A stretch of 60,600 bases of DNA from a virus. Its lineage: Duplodnaviria; Caudoviricetes. Both the position numbers and the translations under genes were made by a program. The stretch covers positions 1 to 60,600 of the IMG/VR virus record IMGVR_UViG_3300016657_000065; one strand, 5' to 3'. The number at the start of each line of letters is the position of its first letter. Positions within the stretch are counted from its first letter, which is position 1. Positions 1 through 9,148 of the stretch are shown here, piece after piece. Under the pieces are notes generated by a model. The model ran no database searches, was not told the origin of the DNA, and saw nothing but the letters and a program-made list of their open reading frames with translations.

Positions 1-1
1 A

Positions 2-346
2 GCGCTGACTGTACCGGGTATCATGGAAAATCTGGAAGACCCGCATACCGTTGCTGCCAATCTTCGTCTGCTGCAAAAAGACCTGACCAAGATCCAAGAA
101 GATCTGAACACCACATACAATCGCCATGCCGGTAAGTCCGGCACCTGCGATCCGCAAGACATCCAAATGCTGATCGACATCCTGGGTCGCTACGAAAGTA
201 TGAGCATGGAATACCAGGCTAACGTTCTGCCGGTTTCTAGTGCCATCCTAGACGCCATCGCTGGCGCTGAGCGTAAGCTCTTGGCCAAGCAGCAGGCTGC
301 TGAACAAGCTACACAAGTTAAAGATCTCGCAGAAGAAGGTGTATAA
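2..346 (+). CDS. Hypothetical coiled-coil protein, probably 5'-truncated by the window edge
   Basis: ORF track 23..346; the frame is open back to position 2; helical composition; overlaps the next start. Confidence 0.6.
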   Translation, partial: ALTVPGIMENLEDPHTVAANLRLLQKDLTKIQEDLNTTYNRHAGKSGTCDPQDIQMLIDILGRYESMSMEYQANVLPVSSAILDAIAGAERKLLAKQQAAEQATQVKDLAEEGV

Positions 347-2000
347 GCAAATGAACCACATTGACAATCAACAAAACGTTCTTCCGGACGCTGAAGCGCA
401 GGATGAACTTGCTGTACCGGCCCACTCCAGTGACTTTCTGGTAGAACCGGCTGACGAGCAAGTCGCGGACGATGTTAATGCACAAGATGCTGAGCAAGCC
501 GTGGCTGAACAAGCAACCAATGAACTGGATTCTGATGAATTCGTGGAATACTCGCTGCCTGAATATCCGCAAAACACTCGACAGCAATACACCACTGTCA
601 AAGAAGAACTGAAAGTCAGCCAAGACGAAATGCCACCTGGCGTCCTGCTGCCTTCGCACCACATCGGCGTCATTGAAGACGTCATTGAAAACAGTTCCAA
701 TGAACAGCTCGATAGCCGTGAAGGTCGTCGTTGGAGCACAGTTCTGCTGGAAGGCCGTAAGCTGCATCCACGTCATGCTGGTGTTAAGACGGATCCGGAA
801 ACTGGTCGTCGTCGTATTCCGGGTGCTTACGAACGCACAGTTGGTCGTCAGAATGCTGAGTTCGTCCAAGTGGTTGAATCGAACAAAGGTCTGTTGGGTG
901 CTGTGAAGCCGTCGTTCGACGACGTTGGACATGTCAAGCTGACTGGTGAGAAAGCGGTTAACCGTATTCTGTCACTGGTGGGTATTGGTGACACCATCAA
1001 GATTCCTCTGTGGCATTCGGGTATCTGGATCACACTGAAAGCGCCAACTGAGCGTGATCTGGTGGAACTGTATCGCCGACTCGACTCAGACAAGATCAGT
1101 CTGGGTCGTATCACTTCCGGTGCAGTACTGTCCAACCTGAATGTGGTACTGGCCGATTACTTGACCGAGTTCATCACTCGCCACATTACCGAGACCTCGT
1201 ACCACGACATGGGCAACGTCATGAATAAAATCATGGCACCTGATCTGGAACATCTGGTGTGGGGTCTGGCTTGCACCATCTACGTGAATGGTTTCGACTA
1301 TACACGTTCGGTGGTCAGCAAAGATGACAATAAGAAGATCACGGTATCTGAGAAGATCAACGTATCCAAGATTCAGTGGATCGATCGCAACTCACTTACC
1401 GAGTCTCAGATTCGCCACATGACCAGTCGTGCCAACGGTTCGATGTCGGAAGCGGCAGTGAATCGTTATCAGGAAGAATTCTTGGTCAATCGTGGTCGTC
1501 AGGTAACTATTAAGTCTAGCCGTGGTCAAGAACTGACCATTGACTTGAAAGTACCGACTCTGTTTGAGTACATCCAAATCGGTAACGAATGGGTGGGTTC
1601 TCTGGTAACCATGGTTGAATCGGCATTAGGTGTTGCTGCTGATCAGAACCTGCGTAATGATGAAATCATGCGTCAAGGCATGGCCACTTACCTGCGGATG
1701 TATTCGCATTGGGTGGAATCCATCACTGCACAAAACGTGACCACCAGTGACCGTGAAGCGCTCGACAAAATTCTGGGCAACATTGGCCAGGATGAACAGA
1801 TCCGTGAGCAGATGGTAAAAGAAATCACTCGATTCATTGACGACGTACAGGTAGCGCTGATTGCGATGCCCGCACTGACCGATACGGAAGCCGCTACCCT
1901 ACCGCGCTTCCCGCATCTGGTACCGTTCAATGTCATCCAGACTTTTTTTATACTTCTCGTACAGCGGATCTCCTCGCTACCCATGGCGGACGTCCTCTAA
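339..2000 (+). CDS. Conserved phiKZ-family protein (gp77-like position); candidate tail-assembly chaperone (G form)
   Basis: 553-aa ORF with acidic N-terminus, next to the SF2 helicase; ends with a slippery T-TTT-TTT near its 3' end. Confidence 0.6.
   Translation: MYKQMNHIDNQQNVLPDAEAQDELAVPAHSSDFLVEPADEQVADDVNAQDAEQAVAEQATNELDSDEFVEYSLPEYPQNTRQQYTTVKEELKVSQDEMPPGVLLPSHHIGVIEDVIENSSNEQLDSREGRRWSTVLLEGRKLHPRHAGVKTDPETGRRRIPGAYERTVGRQNAEFVQVVESNKGLLGAVKPSFDDVGHVKLTGEKAVNRILSLVGIGDTIKIPLWHSGIWITLKAPTERDLVELYRRLDSDKISLGRITSGAVLSNLNVVLADYLTEFITRHITETSYHDMGNVMNKIMAPDLEHLVWGLACTIYVNGFDYTRSVVSKDDNKKITVSEKINVSKIQWIDRNSLTESQIRHMTSRANGSMSEAAVNRYQEEFLVNRGRQVTIKSSRGQELTIDLKVPTLFEYIQIGNEWVGSLVTMVESALGVAADQNLRNDEIMRQGMATYLRMYSHWVESITAQNVTTSDREALDKILGNIGQDEQIREQMVKEITRFIDDVQVALIAMPALTDTEAATLPRFPHLVPFNVIQTFFILLVQRISSLPMADVL
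1943..1949 (+). other. Putative programmed -1 frameshift site (T TTT TTT)
   Basis: ACT TTT TTT ATA in frame; the -1 frame has no stop from here to 2437. Confidence 0.65.
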
Positions 2001-2053
2001 CTAATCATGTATTAGCGGATAGCTTTGGTTATCAGTGGTCCGGTGCTGGCACC

Positions 2054-2437
2054 GTGGAAGAGGGAGTCTTAGGTGATTACTACGACTTCCTCTTCAAAGC
2101 AATAGATGCTAGCGTTGTTAAGCGTAAATTCAGATCGGTGGAGACCCAGCAATGGATGCTCCACCGGTATGAAACCGACTATGGCATTTATAACCACGAT
2201 CAAGCTGATCCGACTAAGTACTATAGTCTAGTCGCATTCCATGAGACTGAAGACTTAAGTATTGGGGACTTGCTGTACGAGCGTTTAGAGCAATACATGG
2301 AAGCTGGGGTTAAGCAGTACACGGGACTTAGCTTTAATGAGTTTATGGATTATCCACGTCACATGGTACTCCGTATTCTTGAACGGTGTCGTCAACGACA
2401 AGCTAAAGCACCAACCCTCGATCTGGATAACCTCTAG
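2054..2437 (+). CDS. Conserved hypothetical protein; likely the C-terminal (GT-like) extension reached by frameshift
   Basis: 127-aa ORF in the -1 frame of 339..2000; GTG start with weak SD; C-terminal GLSFNEFMDYP motif. Confidence 0.6.
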   Translation: MEEGVLGDYYDFLFKAIDASVVKRKFRSVETQQWMLHRYETDYGIYNHDQADPTKYYSLVAFHETEDLSIGDLLYERLEQYMEAGVKQYTGLSFNEFMDYPRHMVLRILERCRQRQAKAPTLDLDNL

Positions 2438-2447
2438 GAGTATTAAC

Positions 2448-2909
2448 ATGGAACGACGCTGGCCCAAGATCATCATGATGCAAACGAAGGATGACATCTT
2501 TCGTAGTCCTGCACAAACACTGGTAGTACCTGTGAATAAGGTAGGGGTGATGGGTAACGGGCTAGCGTTGGCCTTTAAACAACGTGTGCCTGGCTTGTTT
2601 GACGCGTACCGTAAGCAGTGTGGTGAATGGGAAGGCAGGCTTTTTCTATATGAAGGTGTAGAAAAGAACTATCTTTGCTTCGCTACTAAGGACGATTGGC
2701 GCTATCCTAGTCAGTTGGAAATGATCGCTGAGGGCATGGTTGAGTTCAGTACCACCTATAAGGAGCTTGGAATCACCTCTGTTGCGTTTCCAGGCATTGG
2801 ATGTGGTAAGGGTGGTCTAGACTGGTACTACGTTCTAAAGGCGATTATGGGCCATCTAGTGGCTATTGAGGATCCAGAGCTTACTGTGTATCTTTACCCT
2901 CCCTACTGA
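2448..2909 (+). CDS. Macrodomain ADP-ribose hydrolase (DarG/Appr-1''-p processing type)
   Basis: VPVNKVGVMGNGLALAFK and SVAFPGIGCGKGGLDW motifs; AGGAG SD before ATG 2448. Confidence 0.88.
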   Translation: MERRWPKIIMMQTKDDIFRSPAQTLVVPVNKVGVMGNGLALAFKQRVPGLFDAYRKQCGEWEGRLFLYEGVEKNYLCFATKDDWRYPSQLEMIAEGMVEFSTTYKELGITSVAFPGIGCGKGGLDWYYVLKAIMGHLVAIEDPELTVYLYPPY

Positions 2910-2928
2910 GAACAGGAATGTATTTTCT

Positions 2929-3426
2929 ATGGTAACTACCAAATCCCTCGTAAAAGATTATCTCGACGTACTCACAGTTGAGGATGTCAAGATGATTAAT
3001 CGCTGGACTAGTCATGCAGATGTGCCACTCGACAAATTATTGGCTTTACACAAAAAAATTAAAGACATCGAACCGACTGAGTCGCTAACAGTCTACCGTG
3101 GCATTGGACACGGCCTCTCGTATCAGGAAAAGATGGATCTGTTCGAGAAGAAGTTCTTTATGTACTTCTTGATAAAGGGTGTGCAGAAAGGCTATGTTTT
3201 CACTTACAGCACCCCCCGCCCACTTTCGTTCACAGACGACATCCAGACAGCGCGGGCCTTTGGTAAGGTAATCGTGACTACTGATTTACCACGCAGCCTA
3301 CGTTACATTCGTATCACTCAAGCTTTCTGGGAAGCTGTTAACCAGATCGATGCGGCCTCATTATTCCAAGAGATTATTCTGTTAGAAACTCATCGTGAGA
3401 TCAAGTATACCGTACTGGAAACTTAA
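2929..3426 (+). CDS. Putative R-S-E-type ADP-ribosyltransferase
   Basis: LTVYRG, PLSFTDDIQTARAFG and FQEIILL occur in the order of the ART R-S-E motifs; start placed at ATG 2929. Confidence 0.6.
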   Translation: MVTTKSLVKDYLDVLTVEDVKMINRWTSHADVPLDKLLALHKKIKDIEPTESLTVYRGIGHGLSYQEKMDLFEKKFFMYFLIKGVQKGYVFTYSTPRPLSFTDDIQTARAFGKVIVTTDLPRSLRYIRITQAFWEAVNQIDAASLFQEIILLETHREIKYTVLET

Positions 3427-3445
3427 TTCAAGCAAAAAAAAAAGA

Positions 3446-3530
3446 CCGGCATAATTACCCTGTCCCCAACGGGTCAGGGTAATTATGTCGGCATAGTAAA
3501 GCGGCATAAAGAGGCCCCTGACAGAGCCTC
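3446..3530. terminator. Convergent terminator hairpins flanked by CGGCATA/TATGTCG
   Basis: Inverted repeat CCGGCATAATTACCCTG / CAGGGTAATTATGTCGG, an upstream A-run and a second hairpin GAGGC/GCCTC. Confidence 0.75.
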
Positions 3531-3560
3531 CGTATACCGAACATGTTTTATTGACCTAAA

Positions 3561-3821
3561 TCAAGCCACATTACCGGGGAACATACCATGCTGTTGTGCC
3601 CGAGCACAAAAGTAGTTAAACTCCTGACTCGACAGCGTACGATCCTTGCCCCAGTCATAGTACTCGAAGTTGCGTTCGACCCAGTCATACTGAAGCACGT
3701 TCAGACGATTTAGGCCGTGGCTATCTTGACGAATACAATAACCAACACCAGGCTGCGTAAACAGCACCACCAGGTTACGATCTACAATGTGGCGGGCGAT
3801 GTACGGATAGGTGGGTTCCAT
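3561..3821 (-). CDS. Hypothetical protein
   Basis: 86-aa ORF with AAGGAGG SD. Confidence 0.7.
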   Translation of the reverse strand: MEPTYPYIARHIVDRNLVVLFTQPGVGYCIRQDSHGLNRLNVLQYDWVERNFEYYDWGKDRTLSSQEFNYFCARAQQHGMFPGNVA

Positions 3822-3825
3822 GGAA

Positions 3826-4128
3826 TTACCTCCTTATATTGAAAAACAGCTTAAGCGTCCGGCGTGCCTCGCGTTTCATTCCCTTAGACACAGTGGGCGC
3901 AGCAATTAGCTGTTGACAAAATGTTTTCAAAAAACCATACACCAAAATACTGACGGGAAGCCGGCCAATTGTTTCTTTAAGTCTAGAATGGCAGTTCTCC
4001 AGAAACACATCAGTGACAAGTTGTTTGGTCATAGGTCTAACCTCGGCAGAATCACATAGCTGTCCTAAGAATGTGGCTGCTCTGGTTATCTTCTCCTCTT
4101 CTACTCTGGACAAAGTTGTCATAGTCAC
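3826..4128 (-). CDS. Hypothetical protein
   Basis: 100-aa ORF, AAGGA SD, tandem with the previous gene. Confidence 0.6.
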   Translation of the reverse strand: MTMTTLSRVEEEKITRAATFLGQLCDSAEVRPMTKQLVTDVFLENCHSRLKETIGRLPVSILVYGFLKTFCQQLIAAPTVSKGMKREARRTLKLFFNIRR

Positions 4129-4201
4129 TATGTCCTTATAATGAGTGACAAGAGGTATTTTCTTGCCACTTTGTCTTAAGAATCAGTAATTAAGACAGAT
4201 G

Positions 4202-6772
4202 TCAACCTATTGGATTGCCATAATACCGACTGTCATAACTACGTATGCGATCTTGGATCATCTCTCTGCGCTTCTCATGATAGCGCATGTGCTGTGGAAC
4301 ATCCTGACATGCCATCCACACGAATTGAGGATTTTGACCATCCTTCATTTCACGTGTACGACCCAAACCTTGAACATTGGTCACGGTACTACCAATAGCT
4401 ACAGTGAGCAGTGTTGTTTGCAAGTTGGGAATGTCCACTGCAGTACCAGCCGAGCCTAGGGTACTGACTCGAATGTCTGGGTTAATGAGGTTCTCATCCG
4501 GATCACCACCAACGTAACGCTTGACACTAAACTGCGGATACTTCTCAGTCAAGAATGCCGTTAGCTTTGTACAGAACTCAATCGTTGCTCCAAAGACCAG
4601 AAGCTTGTTGCCTTGCTTATAGTTCTTGATATACGACTGATCGATCAGAAACTTAATGAAGTGCATATAGCCATCCATGATCTTAGGATGCTTCATGATC
4701 GATTCTTCAAAAGCGTTATGGCTGTACGTTGTGGAACCTGGATAACTGGTGCGGAGTTTACGAATCTCTCGGAACGTGTAGAACCAAGCCCTTACGTCGA
4801 TGTAACGTACGTAGTTGCTATCCACGTAAATGGTGTCAACAGGGTACGCCACGCCCATCATCTGTCGGACGTGATCATCGTCGGCCATCTTAAATGTACC
4901 GGACAATGACACTGACTTCTGACAATGGGTGTATAGGTCCATCAGGAAGTTGAAGTGGAAGTCTTGGTGAACTTCGTCAATTACCCGATAACCGATACCT
5001 AAGAACTCGAACATGTTGGCAGGGGTACACGCGTATCCCATGTCCTCCACAGCCTTACCAAACTTCAAGTAAAGCTTAAACCAGTTCTGTAGTGTCTTGT
5101 TACTAAAGATAATGAATTTGGCATCCAGCTGTCCCATAGCTTGCAACTGCGTCAACGCAATCAGGCTATCAGAACCCTGTACTACCATGATGTCATCATC
5201 AGTAACTTCAAATGTTTCGCGGATACCGGTAATCCAGCGGTCTAGATACTGCGGTCGAATGACAATGCCAACTCGATAGCCGTAGTATTCCATACCTCTG
5301 AACGCACAGTACGTGTTATGCGTGACGATAAAGCGATCAGTAACATAGAGATGCTCTTCATCAGCTACTGAAATACACTGGGCTTCTTTCTTACCAATGT
5401 ATTCGATTTTCTCAATACGCAATTTCAAATTAGCTGCGTACTGATTGTCATCATTCATTCGCTCCTTTTTACGTGGCAATGTAAACAACTCACTAGGTTT
5501 TGGATAACGGATATTTACCTGTATCGCAGGTTTACCCATTTTCTTCTCGCCTTTATATGTGTAGTATTTGGTTTTAGGTGTAAAGGACGCGATACCTCCA
5601 AGTGACCAAACTAAATACTGCACTGTTTCAGCAAGATTTAGGCTAGTTGTAGTGAAACTAGCCGTCCCACCGATGCCAGCATGTCCATCTGTGTCGAGTA
5701 AACCATTCAACAAGTCCAGCCTTTGCTGGCGAGAACCTAAAAGGTATTCGTCAGGTACGAACTTAGTATGGCTAACAGTGCCCATCAAATTCATACTACG
5801 AAGTTTTTCCAGTAAGGAATTTCTACCTTTACTTGTTGGTTCTGTTTTGACGATATTGTATTCGATTTCAGCATTCAAATTGCCAATCTTAACATCGCCA
5901 TCCAGACGCTCCGCTACCTTCCTTGCTATAAATTCATCCGGATTGCTAATCACAACAGCAGTTTGCTGACTGATGCAACCATCTCCAAGAATCACCCCCA
6001 AAACGTATGGGTCAATAGGCAGAGGCAAAGCAGGACCATCTTCTGCCTCGATGAGTGGGACGTAAACTCGTTTCTCTTTCCACGAATAGGACTGCAAAAT
6101 TTCTTTTACGGTCTTTATTTTCCAGTAACTGGTTTCTTCGTATTTCGAGTGTACTTTCCAGAGGTGATCACCGCAACACTCGGTCTCACGTCCATCAGCA
6201 AAAGTAATGCGGTAAATATCTACCGTACCTTGTGGGTACACGCCAGTGACTTCAGTAGTGGTACCTTTAGGCGTAATTACTTTAGTGCCAATCCGCATAT
6301 CTCCCATCTTAGCCCAGCCGCCAGGTACCTTAATGTTAGCGGTAAGTGGCTGTGCTTTACCACTACCCGGAGGTAGGTCAATAAACTGGGATCTGGCTTC
6401 GCGATTCTTGATAAACGCAATAGCCGGTTTCTGTTTTTCCTTATCTTGCCAATGAGGTAGAATCTTCAACTCTACTTTAACTGGCTCTGGTACTGGAAGT
6501 GTGATGACTTCCCGCATACTTTCCGGAACTCCGTGCGTATCCAAAGAACGACAGAATTCCTTATAGTGGTTAATGTGGAAACGGAAATGGGATCCAGTAT
6601 GATCCCGTAAAGCAAAGGTCTTTTTCGGTTCACGCACCATACGGCCACGTTCCCGCGTCCAACCCCATTGAACTAGAGTGCGGATAAACCCATTTACCGC
6701 ATTGCGAGCCCGCTCGCTTAACTGGCTTACGACAAAGTGATGTGTCGCTAGCTCAATCTTGACTAAGCTCAA
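4202..6772 (-). CDS. SF2 (UvsW/XPB-like) helicase precursor containing an intein (phiKZ gp75-like)
   Basis: Walker A PPGSGK|T split by the intein; Walker B VIDEVH; motif III SLSGT; motif VI QGLGRTR. Confidence 0.9.
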   Translation of the reverse strand: MSLVKIELATHHFVVSQLSERARNAVNGFIRTLVQWGWTRERGRMVREPKKTFALRDHTGSHFRFHINHYKEFCRSLDTHGVPESMREVITLPVPEPVKVELKILPHWQDKEKQKPAIAFIKNREARSQFIDLPPGSGKAQPLTANIKVPGGWAKMGDMRIGTKVITPKGTTTEVTGVYPQGTVDIYRITFADGRETECCGDHLWKVHSKYEETSYWKIKTVKEILQSYSWKEKRVYVPLIEAEDGPALPLPIDPYVLGVILGDGCISQQTAVVISNPDEFIARKVAERLDGDVKIGNLNAEIEYNIVKTEPTSKGRNSLLEKLRSMNLMGTVSHTKFVPDEYLLGSRQQRLDLLNGLLDTDGHAGIGGTASFTTTSLNLAETVQYLVWSLGGIASFTPKTKYYTYKGEKKMGKPAIQVNIRYPKPSELFTLPRKKERMNDDNQYAANLKLRIEKIEYIGKKEAQCISVADEEHLYVTDRFIVTHNTYCAFRGMEYYGYRVGIVIRPQYLDRWITGIRETFEVTDDDIMVVQGSDSLIALTQLQAMGQLDAKFIIFSNKTLQNWFKLYLKFGKAVEDMGYACTPANMFEFLGIGYRVIDEVHQDFHFNFLMDLYTHCQKSVSLSGTFKMADDDHVRQMMGVAYPVDTIYVDSNYVRYIDVRAWFYTFREIRKLRTSYPGSTTYSHNAFEESIMKHPKIMDGYMHFIKFLIDQSYIKNYKQGNKLLVFGATIEFCTKLTAFLTEKYPQFSVKRYVGGDPDENLINPDIRVSTLGSAGTAVDIPNLQTTLLTVAIGSTVTNVQGLGRTREMKDGQNPQFVWMACQDVPQHMRYHEKRREMIQDRIRSYDSRYYGNPIG
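5315..6355 (-). mobile_element. Class-3 intein (347 aa) with LAGLIDADG homing endonuclease
   Basis: Begins AQPL, block B GDHLW, block F AQCISV, ends FIVTHN|T; LAGLIDADG motifs VLGVILGDG and LLNGLLDTDG. Confidence 0.9.
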
Positions 6773-6801
6773 GGGTTTCCCCTTTCCTCTTCTGGTTAAA
6801 C

Positions 6802-6833
6802 AAAAAAAGGAAAGGGGAGTTACCCCCTTTCCT
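6802..6833 (-). terminator. Intrinsic terminator
   Basis: AGGAAAGGGG/CCCCTTTCCT stem followed by a U-run on the minus strand, after the RNAP beta' gene. Confidence 0.75.
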
Positions 6834-6836
6834 CGC

Positions 6837-8882
6837 TTAGCAGATGCTCCACTTCTTACTGGTCGCCTCTTGAACCGAGGGCAACTTCACCAGCTGTGGC
6901 ATCAGAATGTTGTCAAACGGATGAGAAGGGCGGTCACGCTTAGTAAAGCTCCACGGCGACAGAATCACCGAGGCGTGACCTTCGTAGGCCATTGCTGCGC
7001 CCAGACTACGGTTGGCCATCAGCGTCTTCAGAATACCAAAGCCACGACGGGTATGCTCCTTAGGCAGATTATAATCCCAGTCAGATGCCGAGACGATCAT
7101 CAAACCATAGGCAATCACACCCAACACAGCCAGGTTCACTTCCAACTTGCTGTTAACCATGTTGTAGAGTTCTACCAGGAAGGCATCCGGAGATACGTGT
7201 TTGTCACGTTCCTCCATGTCATCCATCGTCGCCTGAATCAGATCAGCAATCTCTTTCGAGTGATCCGACATGTTGTAATGCTTCAGCGGCATGGACAGCA
7301 CGTTCTTATCGAAGTCCCAACCTTCCAAGGGAACCACAACGTTGTTACGGTCGTTGAAGGAGTAACCTACCTTCTCTTTGATGTGGTTCAAGAAGTCATG
7401 CGTCAGACTAGCCAAGCGGCCTTCTTGTTTTACCGACATCGAGATGTCATTGTCGACACCCCCCACGCTAACCACCAGACCGATATCCGGCGTCTCCAGG
7501 ATGTTAGAGACGTTCAAATCCCGCACATCATTCACCAGATAGATATCGGTGATGTTATTGCACAGGTTACCCGGAAGGATGATCGCCTTAACCTTCTTCT
7601 CCATACCACGCTGGAGAATATAGGAGTTGCCATCAGCCGATACCCGGAAGAACGGTTTGGTTTCTTCAGTCAGATGGATTGGTGTTGCACCAGAACCGGA
7701 GTCACTGTGCTTCACCGACAGCACGCCTTGTGTCGACTTCTGAGTCATCGACGTAGCTGCCATGTGACCAATGTTGGTTTCTTTCGGTACCGAGTAGGCC
7801 AGTTCGCCGAAGCAGACTGCACAGATACCGTTAGAATCCTTGTGGTTGCAGTGGATAGATTCACGCATCCGGATGGTCTGACCGATGAGTTCGCGCGAAT
7901 TGCGACGCACTACTTTCAGTTGGCCAGTGTCATCCACATAGTACTTGCCTTGGATACGTGGCAGGTCACGTTCCTTCACCTTCCAGTGCAGGTAGGTCTT
8001 ACTACCGCAATCGGACATATGCAGACGCTGTACGATCATACACATCAGCTGCAATTTACGCGAGAAGTACTCGGTATCCTGCAACTCTTGCTTAGACATG
8101 GACAGCGACTTAGCTGCCGAGCGCGATTCGATCAGCGATTCATACAGCGAACGCAGACCTTCTGCAAAGCCGGACAGCACCGGACGGATAAAGATGGTGG
8201 AGTCTGTTTCTGTTACCGGACCACGTGGACCGATACACTGTACTACCTGTGCGCTCTTTACCAAACCAGCGCGAGTAGCTTTACACAGACGATTCTCCTT
8301 GACCTCATCATTCTTCATGATAAAGTCCAGTACTTTCGCTTGTGCGATGTCACTACTCTCGTAAGTTGGCTCCAGGTTCTCTTTGATCTTGAGAATCTCA
8401 GGATGGAGAATGACTTCCACAAAGTCAAGGATGTCCAGACTAGTTACATCCCCGGCCAAGTGATTGTCGGCAAAGTTGTTCATCTCGTTAACGATACGAT
8501 AAGCCATTTGTGCCAGCTTATCACGAAGTGCTTCTTCAGCCGCCACAACTTGGGCAGCTGGATCGGGAGTACGCAATTGCTCAATGCCCGGAATCTTAAC
8601 TACCAGGGCATCGTACGCATCCCAATGAACAACCGAAATAAGTTTACGGTGAATGCCTACCGTGATCATTCGGTTCTTGTTGACGTGTTTGAGGTGATGC
8701 CGTTTCAACAACGGCAATTCCGGGAACATCACATGGTAGTCCCAGCACATCCTGCTATAGACAGTTTCCTTATAGTCAGTTTCAATCTCCCCGTCATCGA
8801 AGACAAGAGTGAACTTGCCAGACAGACGACGCAGTAGTTCTGCGGCCGAATACTTCAACAGCTTACGTGCAAAAATACGCAT
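6837..8882 (-). CDS. rpoC: Non-virion RNA polymerase beta' subunit, C-terminal part (phiKZ gp74-like)
   Basis: Bridge-helix-like ESRSAAKSL..TEYFSRKLQL; SDCGS; Zn-binding ICAVCFG; trigger-loop-like TQGVLSVKH. Confidence 0.85.
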   Translation of the reverse strand: MRIFARKLLKYSAAELLRRLSGKFTLVFDDGEIETDYKETVYSRMCWDYHVMFPELPLLKRHHLKHVNKNRMITVGIHRKLISVVHWDAYDALVVKIPGIEQLRTPDPAAQVVAAEEALRDKLAQMAYRIVNEMNNFADNHLAGDVTSLDILDFVEVILHPEILKIKENLEPTYESSDIAQAKVLDFIMKNDEVKENRLCKATRAGLVKSAQVVQCIGPRGPVTETDSTIFIRPVLSGFAEGLRSLYESLIESRSAAKSLSMSKQELQDTEYFSRKLQLMCMIVQRLHMSDCGSKTYLHWKVKERDLPRIQGKYYVDDTGQLKVVRRNSRELIGQTIRMRESIHCNHKDSNGICAVCFGELAYSVPKETNIGHMAATSMTQKSTQGVLSVKHSDSGSGATPIHLTEETKPFFRVSADGNSYILQRGMEKKVKAIILPGNLCNNITDIYLVNDVRDLNVSNILETPDIGLVVSVGGVDNDISMSVKQEGRLASLTHDFLNHIKEKVGYSFNDRNNVVVPLEGWDFDKNVLSMPLKHYNMSDHSKEIADLIQATMDDMEERDKHVSPDAFLVELYNMVNSKLEVNLAVLGVIAYGLMIVSASDWDYNLPKEHTRRGFGILKTLMANRSLGAAMAYEGHASVILSPWSFTKRDRPSHPFDNILMPQLVKLPSVQEATSKKWSIC

Positions 8883-8901
8883 ACAGTCCTCACAGAGATT
8901 G

Positions 8902-9093
8902 TTAACCGTTTTCTTTTTCGTTAGCCTTCAGCCGTTGTGTGCGACTGAATGCTTGTTTCAGTGCATCGTTCGGAGGCGGCGGGTTCTTCAGCAGGTTAAT
9001 AAACTGCTTGGCGCCTTCCTCGCTCAGTTTAATGGGTTGATGATCATCCTGATCAGCGTTAGCACTGAACTCATGGTTACGGTTTTGAGACAT
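8902..9093 (-). CDS. Small DUF1778/TacA-like antitoxin-domain protein (63 aa) lacking the RHH domain
   Basis: IKLSEEGAKQFINLLKNPPPPNDALKQAF matches the DUF1778 C-terminal pattern; GAGGGGG SD before ATG 9093. Confidence 0.65.
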   Translation of the reverse strand: MSQNRNHEFSANADQDDHQPIKLSEEGAKQFINLLKNPPPPNDALKQAFSRTQRLKANEKENG

Positions 9094-9148
9094 TACTAAA
9101 ATCCCCCTCATTTTAGATTGCTGGGGACCGAAGCCCCCAGCACCCACA

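Noticed and set aside
2337-2447. Longer 5' starts given by the ORF track for the macrodomain gene (likewise for 9195, 21080, 34219, 40420, 57801)
   Set aside because: They overlap upstream genes or terminators; internal ATGs, most with clear SD sequences, fit better
6759-8837. 692-aa plus-strand ORF
   Set aside because: Antisense shadow of the RNAP beta' gene; no motifs; expected from codon bias
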